A stretch of DNA of 64,000 bases from a virus: positions 32,001 through 96,000 of the IMG/VR virus record IMGVR_UViG_3300027917_000024; one strand, written 5' to 3'. Of this stretch, positions 48,201 to 58,628 are shown in pieces. Numbering within the stretch: position 1 is the stretch's first letter; each line of letters begins with the position of its first letter. The notes under the pieces are model-generated. The model had not been told where the DNA came from. It saw nothing but the letters and a program-made list of their open reading frames with translations, and did no database searches. The position numbers and the translations under genes are program-made.

Positions 48201-51200
48201 ATGAGTTTTTTAAAGGCTTCTACCAGAAGTCTTTCATCCTCCGCTAGAAATTCTTGAATATCCCCTATGTTTTGTTTGAATATGGCTTCTAATGTTTCTG
48301 GCTGCTTTCCTATAAGTAAGGTTGAAAAGTCCTCACGCACTTCTTGCAGTACTTCAAGCTTCCGTCCCATTTCTTCAATTACCTGATTTGCCTCATCTAC
48401 TTTCTCATTGAAAAATTCTATCCGTTTTGTCAGTTTATCGAATTCCTGCTGGCTTTCTTCTTGGACGGAAAGTTCTCTTGCAGCTTTGATTTTTGTTTCG
48501 GCAGTAATTAATTGTTCGGCATATTTTAATTCAATATCCCGTTGTTTAGTAAGTAGATCTAGATTTCTTTGTATATGAATTGATCTTTCAGAGCCCATCT
48601 CAGATATAGTTTTGGACAGATATTTACGGCTCTCATCCATTAATTTCTTCTCTGTCTCATAAAAGTCTTTTGATATTAATTTTATCTTGTTGTAATACTC
48701 CTGAAATTTCTGAGCTCTAATTTGTTCTCTTACTCCAGGTGTGGCAATTATACCTAACTCTGCTATTGCTAGATTAATCTCATTTACCGTATTTTTTGCT
48801 TCTCTAACCATTTCGAGCCGTTCTACCACTGTAGCTTGTGCCATCATTTTTCTTGCGTGGGCAGGTAAAGCGGCCATAACTTGCCGGATAACATTTTGGT
48901 TACGTTCTAGATGTTCTCTTACAACATTTGTTCCGTGCGCAGAAATCCGTGAAATTGTTCCGAACATTCGTTCATAGGCAGCTTCTAAATCATTAACATT
49001 ATCTACCATATCTACTATTTGTTTTGCCATGGCTAATCCAGCATCGCCAAGAACTTTTTTCTGCTTCTCCCCAATTTTTTCGAAGTCTTTTATTAGATTT
49101 TTTGCTTCCTTACTCGATACATCCATTCCACCTCTAAGCAATTGTTCAAATTTTTCTATGTTTATTCCTGCTCTTTTTAAATGCTCTCTCGACAAACTTC
49201 CCATTCTACCATAATAAATTCGTAGACGGGCTTCGATAGAGCGTTGTTCTTGTTCACTTGCACCTTGAAGGGATCTCATGAGCTCTATCATTCGTTGCAA
49301 TGTATTGTAATAGTACGCTGCTGAAACGTCACTGAATTTTTTTTGATGCTCATCAAATGCGGCTGTATAAGATGAAAGCTCCGCTCTTAGTTTGTCTATG
49401 TCACTGGCACCTTCTGACAGTAGTTTTTTTCTAGCTACTAGATTGCGCTGTTGTATTTCACGGAGATCTGCATCCATTTCTACTAGAGTTGCTTTTAGTG
49501 TTGCTGGTGTTTCCTTTTCAAATTTATCTACAAATGTTGAAGCTTCTGCTATAGCGTCAGTAAGAGCCTTTTTAGTAGCATCCGGCGCAAGAGCCGCAAA
49601 AGGAGAAAGCAAAGGTCGTTGGAGCCTTGTGCGAAGAGCGGCATATTCAGTTTCTATATCAGCAAATGCCGTTTCTTTCTCTATTTCTTTTTCTATATCT
49701 TTTACCATTTTCCTAACATCTTCTCGCCCTATTTCAACACCAATTTTTATATTATAATCTTTGAATATATCCTGAATCTCTGGAGGAAGATCACGAATAA
49801 CCCTAAGTAGCTCACTGTTGGCAACTTGACCTGCGTCACCTACTCCTAATAGTAATTCTTTCAATCTTTGTAGCGTAAATACTGGCTCTTCAAGTCTTTT
49901 GAATTGTAACCAAATAAGGTTAACATCTTTAGGGAGTTCTTTGCCCTGTATTATCAGTTCAGTAAATCCTTTAGCAAGATCCACTACATTTTTTCGAAAT
50001 TTCTCAAGCCCAGTTGTGGATTCAAGCTCCCTGCCAAGAGCATTAGCTCCATCATATAAACCATACATTTTTCTCGTAACAGAGGAAAGTCGTATTTCCA
50101 GCTCTCTTAATTGCTTAGCTTCTTTTTCTTCTAACTTTTCCAATCGTTCTAATAGTTCTATTCTTTTCTGGGTAAGTTCTGTCCATTTTGCAATAGATTT
50201 TTCTATTTCTCCTGTTGTTGCAAGCTCTGCATCTAAATAAGCTAATATACCAGGATACTGTAGTTTTAACCTTTCTCGTACCCTTAACCATTTTTCGGTA
50301 TAAGGAATTGTAGTACGATATTCTTCTGCTAATTCACGTAACGCTTGTTGTTCTGCTTCAATAGCGTCAAGTGTTTCTAAGTATGCTTCTCTTGCCTTTT
50401 CCAGTTCTGTGTTTGCAGTTCTCAGTGCTTCCTCTTGTTTTTTATACGCCTTATATAGCAGATACCCTGCAAATACTACAGCAGCAATCGCCAATCCTAT
50501 CTTATTTAGACCCATCCAGAAGCCAGTAAGGGCGGCTTTAAGTGCAGTAAGTGACGTGACAGTAGCCCATATACTTTTTGTAGTTTTGGCCATTGCTGCT
50601 GGAACGAGTATGGTAAAAGTTTGCTTAAAATCAAAAGCTACACCCTGAACCGCCTTTTCAGTAAGATCCATTTGTCCAGTAAGAGATCTGAAATATAATA
50701 TAAGAGCAGTGACAGGTTTTGACAGTGCTTCAAGAGCCTTACTACTAGTAGCAATTCTTTTCATTAAAAGTAGTTTACCCATTCCTCTTAATATTCCATA
50801 CACGACTGCTATTTGTACTGCCAATCGTTTTAAAGTATCAGGAAGCCAAGATAATGTGTCTCCTGCCGCATTCAAAACCCATACAAGACCTTTAAGCAAG
50901 CTAACTACTGGTTCGATAGCATCTTTACCTAACAATTTGAATCTAGCTACAAGTATTTTGACTTGTTGAGCAAAAGTTTCAATCTTGAGTTTTGCCATGG
51001 ATTCTGCCAGATTGTCAAATTTACCAGTTTGCAGGGCGGCAACTGTTTTATTTAGTTCATCTAAATTTGTAATAAGTCCTACCGCAGCTCTTTTCCCAAC
51101 CTGTCCGAATATATCTTGAAGTTTATCGAATTGTATGGTCGTAAGCTGTCCTTGATACATACCTCTTTCTAGTGCTGCATTTAATTTGGTAAGAACATCA

Positions 51201-54200
51201 ACTAGATCTAAGGGTTTTGTAAAATCAATATCAATGCTGAACGCTTTTGCCAGTTCCTTGGCATTAGATGTAAGTTGTGTTAGAACTCTTGATGCTGACC
51301 TACCAGCTTTGGATCCTAAAAGTAATCTGTTGTTTAGCACAGACAAAACACCTAAAACCTGTTCAAATGATAATCCAGCCGCATCTGCCTCGTTGATCAT
51401 ATAACCTAGACCAGCAATTAACCCGTTCATATCAACCTGGGATTGATTAAGTGTTGCAGCTAAACGGTCATTGATATATCTGAATTTATCTGATGCATCC
51501 CCTGCTTTTGCTACTTGATCTCCAAAAACTCTAAACAATCCAGCTGTAATTCTAGTTGCTTCGCCAATCTCCAATTCTGCTGCTAGTGCTAGATTGGTGA
51601 CATGACTAACACCTGCCATTGCTTCTTTCATTGAAAGGCCAGCAGAGATCAATTCCCACATGATAGTGGCTAGATCTTCTACAGCTGATCCAGTCCGTAT
51701 CATCTCACTTCTTAATCTACTCATAATTTCAACGGATTTGGCTGATACATTATACTCTGCAGCGATTGCGGTTGTAACACGAGCTACCTGTGTTTCTAGT
51801 TCTGCATAAAATTTTACAAGATCTCTTACACCACGAGTAAACCTAAAAATGATATTCTGGGTTGCGTACCATCTGATCTGAACAAGTATTAGACTTTTTA
51901 TGTCGGAGATAAGAGTGTTGACCATCTGGGTAACACCTTTATATCGTCCCTGTAATTTATTTACTTGGGTCGATAAATTTTGTGCTTCTTTTGCTAATTC
52001 TTCGTAGGCTTTTGCTTGTTCTCTTGTACCGTCCTTACTCTTATCCATTATAGTATTGTATAACTGTTGAAGCTTAACATTCCTACCCGTTTCTGAAGCT
52101 AGTTTGAAAAGTAACCCTGGATGTCCCCTTCTTAATTGTAATTCCTCTTGCAATTTTTGTATGTATTGTCCCTCTACAACTATTTGATCTTGTAGAAATC
52201 GTGCTGCTTCTTCTCGTGGTGCTTTCTCTAGTTTCATGGCTTTAATTACGGCCTCAATTCTTTTCTGTCGGGCCTCAGCAATATTTTCACCCTTTTTTTC
52301 TTGTTCGCCGTATAGTTCAAGCTGTTCTCTTGCTTCTCTTAATTCTTGTGATTTTTTTGCATCCAGTCCTTCTATTTTCATTTTTGGTTCAAACTCTTCG
52401 AATTTCTCTCCCGTTTCTGTCATAAGCCTTTCTACTTCCCTAACGGCATTTTCTCTTAAGCTTACAATTACCTTTTCTACTTCTTCTAGTTTTTTTGTTT
52501 TTAGTTCTAGAGGTACTCCGCTTAATTTTTCCATCTCTTGCCTCAACAAACGAACAAGATCCCTCGCTTCAACAAATTGTTTCTTGTCTTTGAGTTCTTT
52601 GACACGTTCAAGCATAGTTCTGGCTTTATCAAGAGCCTGAATCTCTGTTATATATTTATTCATGCCATCTATATTGGTTGATAAGATTTGTGCGAATTGT
52701 CGTTCGGCATTTCCAAGATTCTGTGTACGTCCGGTTACTGCTCCAACAGTATCACCAAGATCGGATATCACCTTCTTAAATCCACTTACTCGATTTGTAA
52801 CTGCTTCGTACCCTCTACCTATAGCAACTAATCCGGCTTGTCCTTTGGTTATTCCTTTCTGTATTTGTACAATATCAATGAATTGCTGTTTTAGTACCTC
52901 TATAGTTTGACCAAGAGAAATCATCCGTGCTCTTTCTTCTTCAAGTATTACTCCTTGTTTCATAAGATCTTGGTATATTTTATATTGTGCTGATAAATTC
53001 TGTAGAGATGCTCCACCACGATCCTGAGCTCCAATGAGTATTTCTAATCTCTCTCTCATCACTTCGATATCTCTTCCCGTTTTTTCAACTTCCACTCCGA
53101 TTGCCAATTTTTTCTGCCCTTCTGCAGATAATTGCTGTAACTTCTCCCGAACAATATCAATTCTAGAACCTACTTTTCCCAATGCGTCTTCAAGTATCTT
53201 TATTACAGTTTTGAGATCTAAGCCTTCAAGCTTACTTGTATCAATCTCTATATCAGTGAACAGTTTTATGGCTGCAGCTAATCCCTCAATCTGTGCTTTT
53301 GTTTGAGTCAGTTCTTTATCGCCCAGTCCAATTTTCTTGTCTTGAACTGACCGTAACTGATGGAGTACACTGCCTAGAGATTCATACAAGAATTTTAATT
53401 GCTCTACCCTTCGAATCCTCAAATTAATGTTTTCTACCATTATCTTTTCTTTTGCTTCTTCTTCGGTGGCCTGTTGTGCTGTCGCACCGGTCATGATAGC
53501 TAATGATTGGATAAGGCCATCCATATGTTGTTTGAATACTTTCAACTTCGCATTAATAATTTCATATTTCTCTCCTACAGTTCCTAATTTTGCTGCTGAT
53601 TGGGCAATATCTAACTCAGCCACGTTCTTGGACTGCTGAGATAAAGTTTTCATTGCGGCCTGGACATCTTTCAAATGCTTAACCTGAGCCGCTGATGCTA
53701 CTCCTTGGACTTGTAATTGTTGAAGAAGACTCATCTCCTTCTTCAATGAACTTGCCGTCACTCCTGTAACCATCATTTCTCTTTGTAGTTTTTCTAACTC
53801 TTTTTGTAGCTTAGGAATGCTATCAGCAGCCTTTTCGATTCCATCATCTAAATTTATTTCTTTCTCCATTTCCGTAAATAGTTTATGAACTGCTTCAAGT
53901 GCCGGATCAACCCCTTCCTTAACTAATCTACCTAATTCTTCAACCAATGCTTTGAGGACTTTGGGTTCCCGTAACTGTTCAACATAAGTAAAACTTTTAA
54001 TCATATCCCGAGTGTTTGAATTTAGGGCTGAAAGGGCTTTATCTAGTGCTTTAAAGCTATCTTCACTTATTCCCACCTTACTTTTCATTTGTCCAAGAAC
54101 GATATTAGCACTATTAATTGCTGCTCTCATCCTATGTATATCAGGAGGTATACCAGCCACAATCTCATCCATCTTCGAGAATGTATCAACCATTTTCTGG

Positions 54201-57085
54201 CCGGTTGCATCTACTCCTATACCGAGATTTCCAATAATTCCTGCGACACTTTTAGTTTTTTCTTCCAACAATCTCATCCTTGCTGTTGCTTCACTGAATT
54301 GCTCGCCAAACACCTTCTTTTTACCGGAAATTTCGGCTAATTTATTCATAATTGTTTCAAGTGCATCAAGTCGGACAGATGTTTTTCCAGCGGCTAATCC
54401 TAACCGTATAATTTCTTCCACCTGTTGCCCAAATATAGGAACAGATCTCTCTACTATTTCTCCTAGTACCGTCAATTGATTTGTATAAGCCTTCTTTGTT
54501 TGAATACCTAATGTTTCTTGGGCGTTCAGTTCTTCTAGTTTTATCTTGAGGTTCCCTACTGCCATCGCATTTTTATCTAATGCATCTGCCTGGAATTCTG
54601 TTACTTCAAGTCCTGTTTGTACTGGTGCAAATTTCATTTCCTTTGTCATTTGCCTACCAGCTCTAATTGCTAATTCTCCGTATATATCTTCAATTTGCTG
54701 TACATGCTCCTTGAACATATTGAGCTCTTCGTTGAGTGTATTTTTAAGTAATGTCATCCATTCTCGGAGCTCATTGATTCGTGCGTAGTATGCTTTCTCC
54801 GCTCCTTCTTGTGTGCTAACCCGTTTTATTTCTTGTCCAAGTGCCGTATACTTTTCCTTGTTATCTATAGCCAGCCCCCTCATTACTATCAGATCTTTTA
54901 TATGCTGTTTTGCCCACGCTGTAGGACTTCTTTGACTAATACCAATAAGTTCCTCGTTCAAATCATGCCAAGCTTGTGCATTTGTTTCTACCGATGCCGA
55001 TAATTTATTCAGATCGTTATCAAGTTTGACAAACTCTTCAAATCCTGGGAGTCCTATGCCTGAGATTTCTCCTGTTACTTTCCTAAATATATCCACTTTT
55101 TCGATTACTTTCTCTGTTGCCGCTCTGACTACCTCTTTCATTGATGTCCAACTATTTTCAATCCCAACACTGGCACTCCTAAAAGTAGTTAATAATTCCC
55201 TGAGACTACTAATACTTCCTTGAAAGTTGACATCTAGTTTCATTGTTTTCAATGACATCAACCTCTGCATTTCCATAGTTTGTTTTGCCAGCAGCCCCAT
55301 ATTATCTGTGAATAGTTGGATTTGGCTTATTACAGCAGTCCCCAATCCTTTGGTTCCAAAATCAATTGCGGTATCCCTTGCGGCCTGGAATGTCCTTCTT
55401 GTATTTCCCATTTTATTTGCAAGCATATCTAGAAAGCCGATATAGGAATCAATCATTTTCATATCCTCTTGCTTTATAACACCCCTCAATTCTTCTCGCA
55501 TGGAAGCAAATCGTGTTCTTAGCCGCATGAGTGTATCTTCTACAGTTCGCAAAGGGATTTCCAAAGCTTGTCCAAGAATTTTGGGATCTGGTACAAAATC
55601 CTTAATATCTAGTCTAGCACCCTTAAATCCTGTTATAGACTCTCTGAATACCTGTTGTATACTATTCCTTGCTTCTTTACCACCCTTTTTAGCGGTGTCG
55701 TCAATGCTATCCCAAGTAGCTCTCCACTTTTGTACTATCTGTTCTTCTCCTTCAGTAAGTTCTGCTCTTCCTTCTGGATCCAAACCTAATAACTTCAGGA
55801 TACTTTCTGTTGGTTGACCGCTAGTAAGTACTGCAAGTATGGCTTCAAATGCTCCAGACAGCTTTAATGCTTTCGTAACACTCCTTTCTAATGAAAGACG
55901 TATAGTGTCTACACTATCCCGTACCTTATCAGATGTTACTGCAGCACGTTTTAGATCAACATCAACGGAAAGTTGGTCTAGTTTGGCTGTTTCAGTGAAA
56001 AGTTTTGACGTTTGTTCTGATAGTGACCTTAAAGATGCAATCTGTTTCTCTACCTCCTCCCTTTGTTCACCTGTAATACCTTTTGTTCTTCTTAATCTTT
56101 CAAGTCGTGCAATTACCTGATCTATTTGGTTATCTAATGCTTGGAATATCTTTCTTGCAGGAGGTCCAAATTTAGTATCTATAGCTTCTCCAGCATCTTT
56201 TAGCCCACCTTTGACATTTTTTGCTTTTGCGACAAACTCGTCTACAAGATTATTTGCATCTTTAATAGTTTTTATGTCTAGGGGTTGCCATTCTCCTGTC
56301 CTCGTTACCCGCAATACTGAGCTCATATCTAAAAGATGTTCTTTTGTTGATATAAATAGTTTTTCTTGGTCTCTTGTTCTAGCATTCATTATCTGTAGGT
56401 CGATTATCATATCGTGTAATTTATCAGAACCTGGATCTATTTTTTGCCAAGATAAAAGTTGATTTTTTATATGACCTACTTGTGGGGCTATGGAGCTACC
56501 TAATAACTTTGCAAATTTCTCAAGAGATGGCATTAAAACTCCAGCCTCTGGTAACTTTAATGCCTCTGCTATTCCTGCAGTTCTGATCATTTGGTCAAAA
56601 CGTTTCAGAGTTTGTAATAGATCTATTGCCTCAGTTTTTATTCTACCAATAGCTTGCTGCTTTTGTGCCGATGCCCTTGCAAATTTTGGGTCTGCCTGTA
56701 CTTGATTTATAGTGTTAATTAATGTTTCTACTGCCCGTAATGTATTACTGGATCTCGATCCAAAATCTTCTATAGTTTTTGTAGATTTTATTGTACTTTC
56801 TGCTACTGCAGTGAGGCTTTCTTTAAGAGATCTTCCAGAATGTTGCAACTGGTCGAAAAAATTTTCAGTTACCTTCGTCAAGTCTTGTATCATCTTTATT
56901 ATATTCTGTGTCTCTGTCCCTAGTTCCTCAAAGCCCTCCGTATCTGGAGTCATTTTTACTGTTTCAAGGGCTTTATTTATCTTGCCAGCCAAATTCACTA
57001 TGGCACTTACTGCTTGCTGAAGAGTGGTAATATCAGCACCAATATCTACATAAATGCCGCCTATTTTTTGTCCACCGTTAGCCAT
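45275..57085 (-). CDS. Tape measure protein (3936 aa)
   Basis: IGGIYVDIGAD N-terminus, long helical body, TP901-like core (L.SAGLS...KAGRS) and C-terminal GG...GE.G.EAVVPL; follows the G/GT chaperones. Confidence 0.95.
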   Translation of the reverse strand: MANGGQKIGGIYVDIGADITTLQQAVSAIVNLAGKINKALETVKMTPDTEGFEELGTETQNIIKMIQDLTKVTENFFDQLQHSGRSLKESLTAVAESTIKSTKTIEDFGSRSSNTLRAVETLINTINQVQADPKFARASAQKQQAIGRIKTEAIDLLQTLKRFDQMIRTAGIAEALKLPEAGVLMPSLEKFAKLLGSSIAPQVGHIKNQLLSWQKIDPGSDKLHDMIIDLQIMNARTRDQEKLFISTKEHLLDMSSVLRVTRTGEWQPLDIKTIKDANNLVDEFVAKAKNVKGGLKDAGEAIDTKFGPPARKIFQALDNQIDQVIARLERLRRTKGITGEQREEVEKQIASLRSLSEQTSKLFTETAKLDQLSVDVDLKRAAVTSDKVRDSVDTIRLSLERSVTKALKLSGAFEAILAVLTSGQPTESILKLLGLDPEGRAELTEGEEQIVQKWRATWDSIDDTAKKGGKEARNSIQQVFRESITGFKGARLDIKDFVPDPKILGQALEIPLRTVEDTLMRLRTRFASMREELRGVIKQEDMKMIDSYIGFLDMLANKMGNTRRTFQAARDTAIDFGTKGLGTAVISQIQLFTDNMGLLAKQTMEMQRLMSLKTMKLDVNFQGSISSLRELLTTFRSASVGIENSWTSMKEVVRAATEKVIEKVDIFRKVTGEISGIGLPGFEEFVKLDNDLNKLSASVETNAQAWHDLNEELIGISQRSPTAWAKQHIKDLIVMRGLAIDNKEKYTALGQEIKRVSTQEGAEKAYYARINELREWMTLLKNTLNEELNMFKEHVQQIEDIYGELAIRAGRQMTKEMKFAPVQTGLEVTEFQADALDKNAMAVGNLKIKLEELNAQETLGIQTKKAYTNQLTVLGEIVERSVPIFGQQVEEIIRLGLAAGKTSVRLDALETIMNKLAEISGKKKVFGEQFSEATARMRLLEEKTKSVAGIIGNLGIGVDATGQKMVDTFSKMDEIVAGIPPDIHRMRAAINSANIVLGQMKSKVGISEDSFKALDKALSALNSNTRDMIKSFTYVEQLREPKVLKALVEELGRLVKEGVDPALEAVHKLFTEMEKEINLDDGIEKAADSIPKLQKELEKLQREMMVTGVTASSLKKEMSLLQQLQVQGVASAAQVKHLKDVQAAMKTLSQQSKNVAELDIAQSAAKLGTVGEKYEIINAKLKVFKQHMDGLIQSLAIMTGATAQQATEEEAKEKIMVENINLRIRRVEQLKFLYESLGSVLHQLRSVQDKKIGLGDKELTQTKAQIEGLAAAIKLFTDIEIDTSKLEGLDLKTVIKILEDALGKVGSRIDIVREKLQQLSAEGQKKLAIGVEVEKTGRDIEVMRERLEILIGAQDRGGASLQNLSAQYKIYQDLMKQGVILEEERARMISLGQTIEVLKQQFIDIVQIQKGITKGQAGLVAIGRGYEAVTNRVSGFKKVISDLGDTVGAVTGRTQNLGNAERQFAQILSTNIDGMNKYITEIQALDKARTMLERVKELKDKKQFVEARDLVRLLRQEMEKLSGVPLELKTKKLEEVEKVIVSLRENAVREVERLMTETGEKFEEFEPKMKIEGLDAKKSQELREAREQLELYGEQEKKGENIAEARQKRIEAVIKAMKLEKAPREEAARFLQDQIVVEGQYIQKLQEELQLRRGHPGLLFKLASETGRNVKLQQLYNTIMDKSKDGTREQAKAYEELAKEAQNLSTQVNKLQGRYKGVTQMVNTLISDIKSLILVQIRWYATQNIIFRFTRGVRDLVKFYAELETQVARVTTAIAAEYNVSAKSVEIMSRLRSEMIRTGSAVEDLATIMWELISAGLSMKEAMAGVSHVTNLALAAELEIGEATRITAGLFRVFGDQVAKAGDASDKFRYINDRLAATLNQSQVDMNGLIAGLGYMINEADAAGLSFEQVLGVLSVLNNRLLLGSKAGRSASRVLTQLTSNAKELAKAFSIDIDFTKPLDLVDVLTKLNAALERGMYQGQLTTIQFDKLQDIFGQVGKRAAVGLITNLDELNKTVAALQTGKFDNLAESMAKLKIETFAQQVKILVARFKLLGKDAIEPVVSLLKGLVWVLNAAGDTLSWLPDTLKRLAVQIAVVYGILRGMGKLLLMKRIATSSKALEALSKPVTALILYFRSLTGQMDLTEKAVQGVAFDFKQTFTILVPAAMAKTTKSIWATVTSLTALKAALTGFWMGLNKIGLAIAAVVFAGYLLYKAYKKQEEALRTANTELEKAREAYLETLDAIEAEQQALRELAEEYRTTIPYTEKWLRVRERLKLQYPGILAYLDAELATTGEIEKSIAKWTELTQKRIELLERLEKLEEKEAKQLRELEIRLSSVTRKMYGLYDGANALGRELESTTGLEKFRKNVVDLAKGFTELIIQGKELPKDVNLIWLQFKRLEEPVFTLQRLKELLLGVGDAGQVANSELLRVIRDLPPEIQDIFKDYNIKIGVEIGREDVRKMVKDIEKEIEKETAFADIETEYAALRTRLQRPLLSPFAALAPDATKKALTDAIAEASTFVDKFEKETPATLKATLVEMDADLREIQQRNLVARKKLLSEGASDIDKLRAELSSYTAAFDEHQKKFSDVSAAYYYNTLQRMIELMRSLQGASEQEQRSIEARLRIYYGRMGSLSREHLKRAGINIEKFEQLLRGGMDVSSKEAKNLIKDFEKIGEKQKKVLGDAGLAMAKQIVDMVDNVNDLEAAYERMFGTISRISAHGTNVVREHLERNQNVIRQVMAALPAHARKMMAQATVVERLEMVREAKNTVNEINLAIAELGIIATPGVREQIRAQKFQEYYNKIKLISKDFYETEKKLMDESRKYLSKTISEMGSERSIHIQRNLDLLTKQRDIELKYAEQLITAETKIKAARELSVQEESQQEFDKLTKRIEFFNEKVDEANQVIEEMGRKLEVLQEVREDFSTLLIGKQPETLEAIFKQNIGDIQEFLAEDERLLVEAFKKLIKNIDSDQAKFLNEIIEELRRHYGWTHEVALLWFQTLFKDYEKLGFNFDKTIATIEQKTFTTMKSTQDKLYDLQLNRYHDNQQLGIIMDKIRGEDLDSNVQYQTAKLQEDQILFQKETENNHARLEASEQFYNDMAALRKRELEELDKFVATFDSVMSPQQYLNLMQERLKIQEKFNVDQRNRIQETIENYKRLKSGLVKQITETNEAIKRIESYEPPYTKAEEEAIANMKARQTQILAEKENYANKMKEIDEKIAGAKGVPWAQKYFEKRYELQKAAIQGNVDVLKEEETELQQALAEIDKGAKLRNTASLRQFQNYTEQLKVQYEATIRDLAGKHAELLLIEPRELADFAIKSIQRVQQIAQEQLERAKVKVEAQFLVGDVDLGSIKEWESDILESINEFSYNVKEEFVEKLDKALREGTGDVRAKYATYRIIFEDLMRKSYLETIERTKTQARDAIREMLETSLQEIEATAPVLRMDIDIPALKAAGVEVSNIFQWQDQLVGKAEDQKERLKDMIELQRQVRLEAEAEMVPLREKVEKTKKAVEDGKKGIIDRIKEKDKYDELVAAAREYELLVERKAKLEDKSVTYKEGEAEALDEQLIKQDKIINQIIGEGKARKDVLNALKDQGILIQAADEAALNQRINYQNWAQAIDMALRSGQSLAELAKYTGSAWDRALLGMVDALWDFQRQATDFFEVWKGLANTVLEGLNTAIVDTWNAIFRPPKQEIENMSGELRELEEEAARIKREMDLIEVGLVLPEEAAEHLELTQQWKEVQKEIAKARGELDKLESTSRRVGEAFKKFAQTLLDALADIIARLIIVNILSSLGGLFGKQPAKGGPIGTRWLQLEPVRVAKGGIIEGGIRPFTKEQTTLLQTLKATFFQSGGIAGGPTLGVIGEGGQSEAVVPLPDNRSIPVTFTGEGGRTQDIKVINLMDPKMIPSIMLQHPEAIINVINEDIASRGPIYQIIRSIKR

Positions 57086-57493
57086 TTATTTTTTATCCTT
57101 CTTTGGCTTTTTAGCAGGTTGCATTGGTATACCTAGTTTCTGGAAGGCGAGGTCGGGACGGGCTTCTCTAATTTGCTGTTTCCGTTCCGCTTTGTAGAGC
57201 GATTTTCGGAATTTTTTAGGTAGGAGTGAATTTACAAATTTCTGAAAGGCGTTTGCTGCATCCTTTCCACCAAATACAAGAGGCATACAGCTTGCTACTA
57301 ACATCGCATTTTCATGTTGCTCTTTTCTTCTTATTATAACAGATTTCCTATAATAAAACCAGAGTTGGTCTAATGTATAATTCTCGTAAATATCATTAAC
57401 AGCATGATTGTGTTCTATTAGATATTCAATGACCTCCCCCAACGAGATAATGTCTATCCGCTCGTCATCTGAAGGAGGCTTGATACGTTTTTT
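57086..57493 (-). CDS. Tail assembly chaperone GT C-terminal part, reached by -1 frameshift
   Basis: The -1 frame is open from the slippery site (KKRIKPPSDDERIDIISLGEVIEY...). The ORF-track TTG start lacks a clear RBS. Confidence 0.85.
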   Translation of the reverse strand, partial: KKRIKPPSDDERIDIISLGEVIEYLIEHNHAVNDIYENYTLDQLWFYYRKSVIIRRKEQHENAMLVASCMPLVFGGKDAANAFQKFVNSLLPKKFRKSLYKAERKQQIREARPDLAFQKLGIPMQPAKKPKKDKK

Positions 57494-57930
57494 ATTGAAT
57501 CCTCATTTTGCTTATAGACAAGGAATATTAGGCGGATAGCTTGCGGGATCGGAATATCTTCTAATTTTTCTTCTTCTACATCAAGGGAGATTGAAAGAAT
57601 AGTAATAATTTCATCTATTGCAGCAATGTAAAGATCCCAAAGATTGTTTTCAATGTTATCCAGTGTTAGTTTTATGCCTTTATTCTCAAGTTTCCCTAGT
57701 ATACGTTCGAGACATGGATTTACTCTCTTGAGCTTTCCAAGTGTCCATGGACGTATCTTAAACCCATCTATTTCAATCTCTGGAAAAAGAATTTCTTCTT
57801 CAGATTTTCCTTTGAACTCATCTTCCTCTTCATCTTGTTCTTCTACTTTTTTTTCTATTACCTCCCCCTTCGCCTGGGCTTCCGCCTCTTCTGCCTCCTT
57901 TTTTATTTTTCTTAGTTCGTCAGGTGTCAT
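57454..57930 (-). CDS. Tail assembly chaperone G
   Basis: Between tail tube and TMP; AGGAG RBS; slippery site near its end. Confidence 0.88.
   Translation of the reverse strand: MTPDELRKIKKEAEEAEAQAKGEVIEKKVEEQDEEEDEFKGKSEEEILFPEIEIDGFKIRPWTLGKLKRVNPCLERILGKLENKGIKLTLDNIENNLWDLYIAAIDEIITILSISLDVEEEKLEDIPIPQAIRLIFLVYKQNEDSIKNVSSLLQMTSG
57487..57493 (-). other. Programmed -1 ribosomal frameshift site A AAA AAC
   Basis: X XXY YYZ heptamer in the correct phase; the -1 frame joins ORF 57086-57442. Confidence 0.88.
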
Positions 57931-57950
57931 AGCAGTACATCTCCTTCACA

Positions 57951-57989
57951 AGAAAAGGTTGGGTGGAGGGAGCCGAAACCCCCTCCACC
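57951..57989 (-). terminator. Hairpin/intrinsic terminator after the tail tube gene
   Basis: GGUGGAGGGGGU-UUCG-GCUCCCUCCACC stem followed by CAACCUUUUCUU. The U-tract is imperfect, so it is probably leaky. Confidence 0.75.
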
Positions 57990-58011
57990 GTTCCAAATAG
58001 AGAGTGGAATA

Positions 58012-58587
58012 TTAGCTGTAGTTCTCGTAGATGTTGGCGTCGTCAAATACAATCTTGCCAAATGGCTTGTTAATATCACCAGCATCGTCGACCAAACATT
58101 CAATAATTCCCTTAGCGTTCATCCAGTCTTCGGCGTTGTAGTCCATCGTCCCATCTGGCTTTAGTGAGGCACAAGGAATGTACCATGTGTAGTCCCTACC
58201 AAACTCTGAGTTAAACTCAAGTTTGGCGCAGCCTTTAATCTCACCCCTAGCCATCGGGTATATTTCGAAATTCAGCCCAGAAATTGCAGCAGGATCACTA
58301 CTACTCTGAGCACTTGCAAGTAGCCATTCCTTCATCGCCCCACCCGTCATCTCATCAAATGTAAAGTTGATAGCAAGGGCTTTGTTAGTAATCAAGGAAC
58401 GGTCTTTCTTACGTGTACCATTGACAGTAGTGTAGTGATCGAGAAATGTAACTTCAGGGGCCATAGATGCAACTACGATGTTGCCGATTGTCCATGTTGC
58501 GTTGCTGGACCAGTCAACGTTGGGACTGGTATCTTCGTAAAATGTCAGCTCTGCCATCCCTAAGGTGTAATTGAGTGGTTGAGCCAT
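58012..58587 (-). CDS. Major tail tube protein (siphovirus)
   Basis: 191 aa, beta-rich, GGAGG RBS, between tail terminator and chaperones, followed by a hairpin. No sheath gene is present. Confidence 0.85.
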   Translation of the reverse strand: MAQPLNYTLGMAELTFYEDTSPNVDWSSNATWTIGNIVVASMAPEVTFLDHYTTVNGTRKKDRSLITNKALAINFTFDEMTGGAMKEWLLASAQSSSDPAAISGLNFEIYPMARGEIKGCAKLEFNSEFGRDYTWYIPCASLKPDGTMDYNAEDWMNAKGIIECLVDDAGDINKPFGKIVFDDANIYENYS

Positions 58588-58628
58588 CCTGTTATACCTC
58601 CTATCCAGCTGGTCAAAATATTAGTTCA

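Noticed and set aside
45333-57020. Many + strand ORFs within the tape measure gene
   Set aside because: Antisense shadows expected from the codon bias of a long helical protein; no recognisable motifs.
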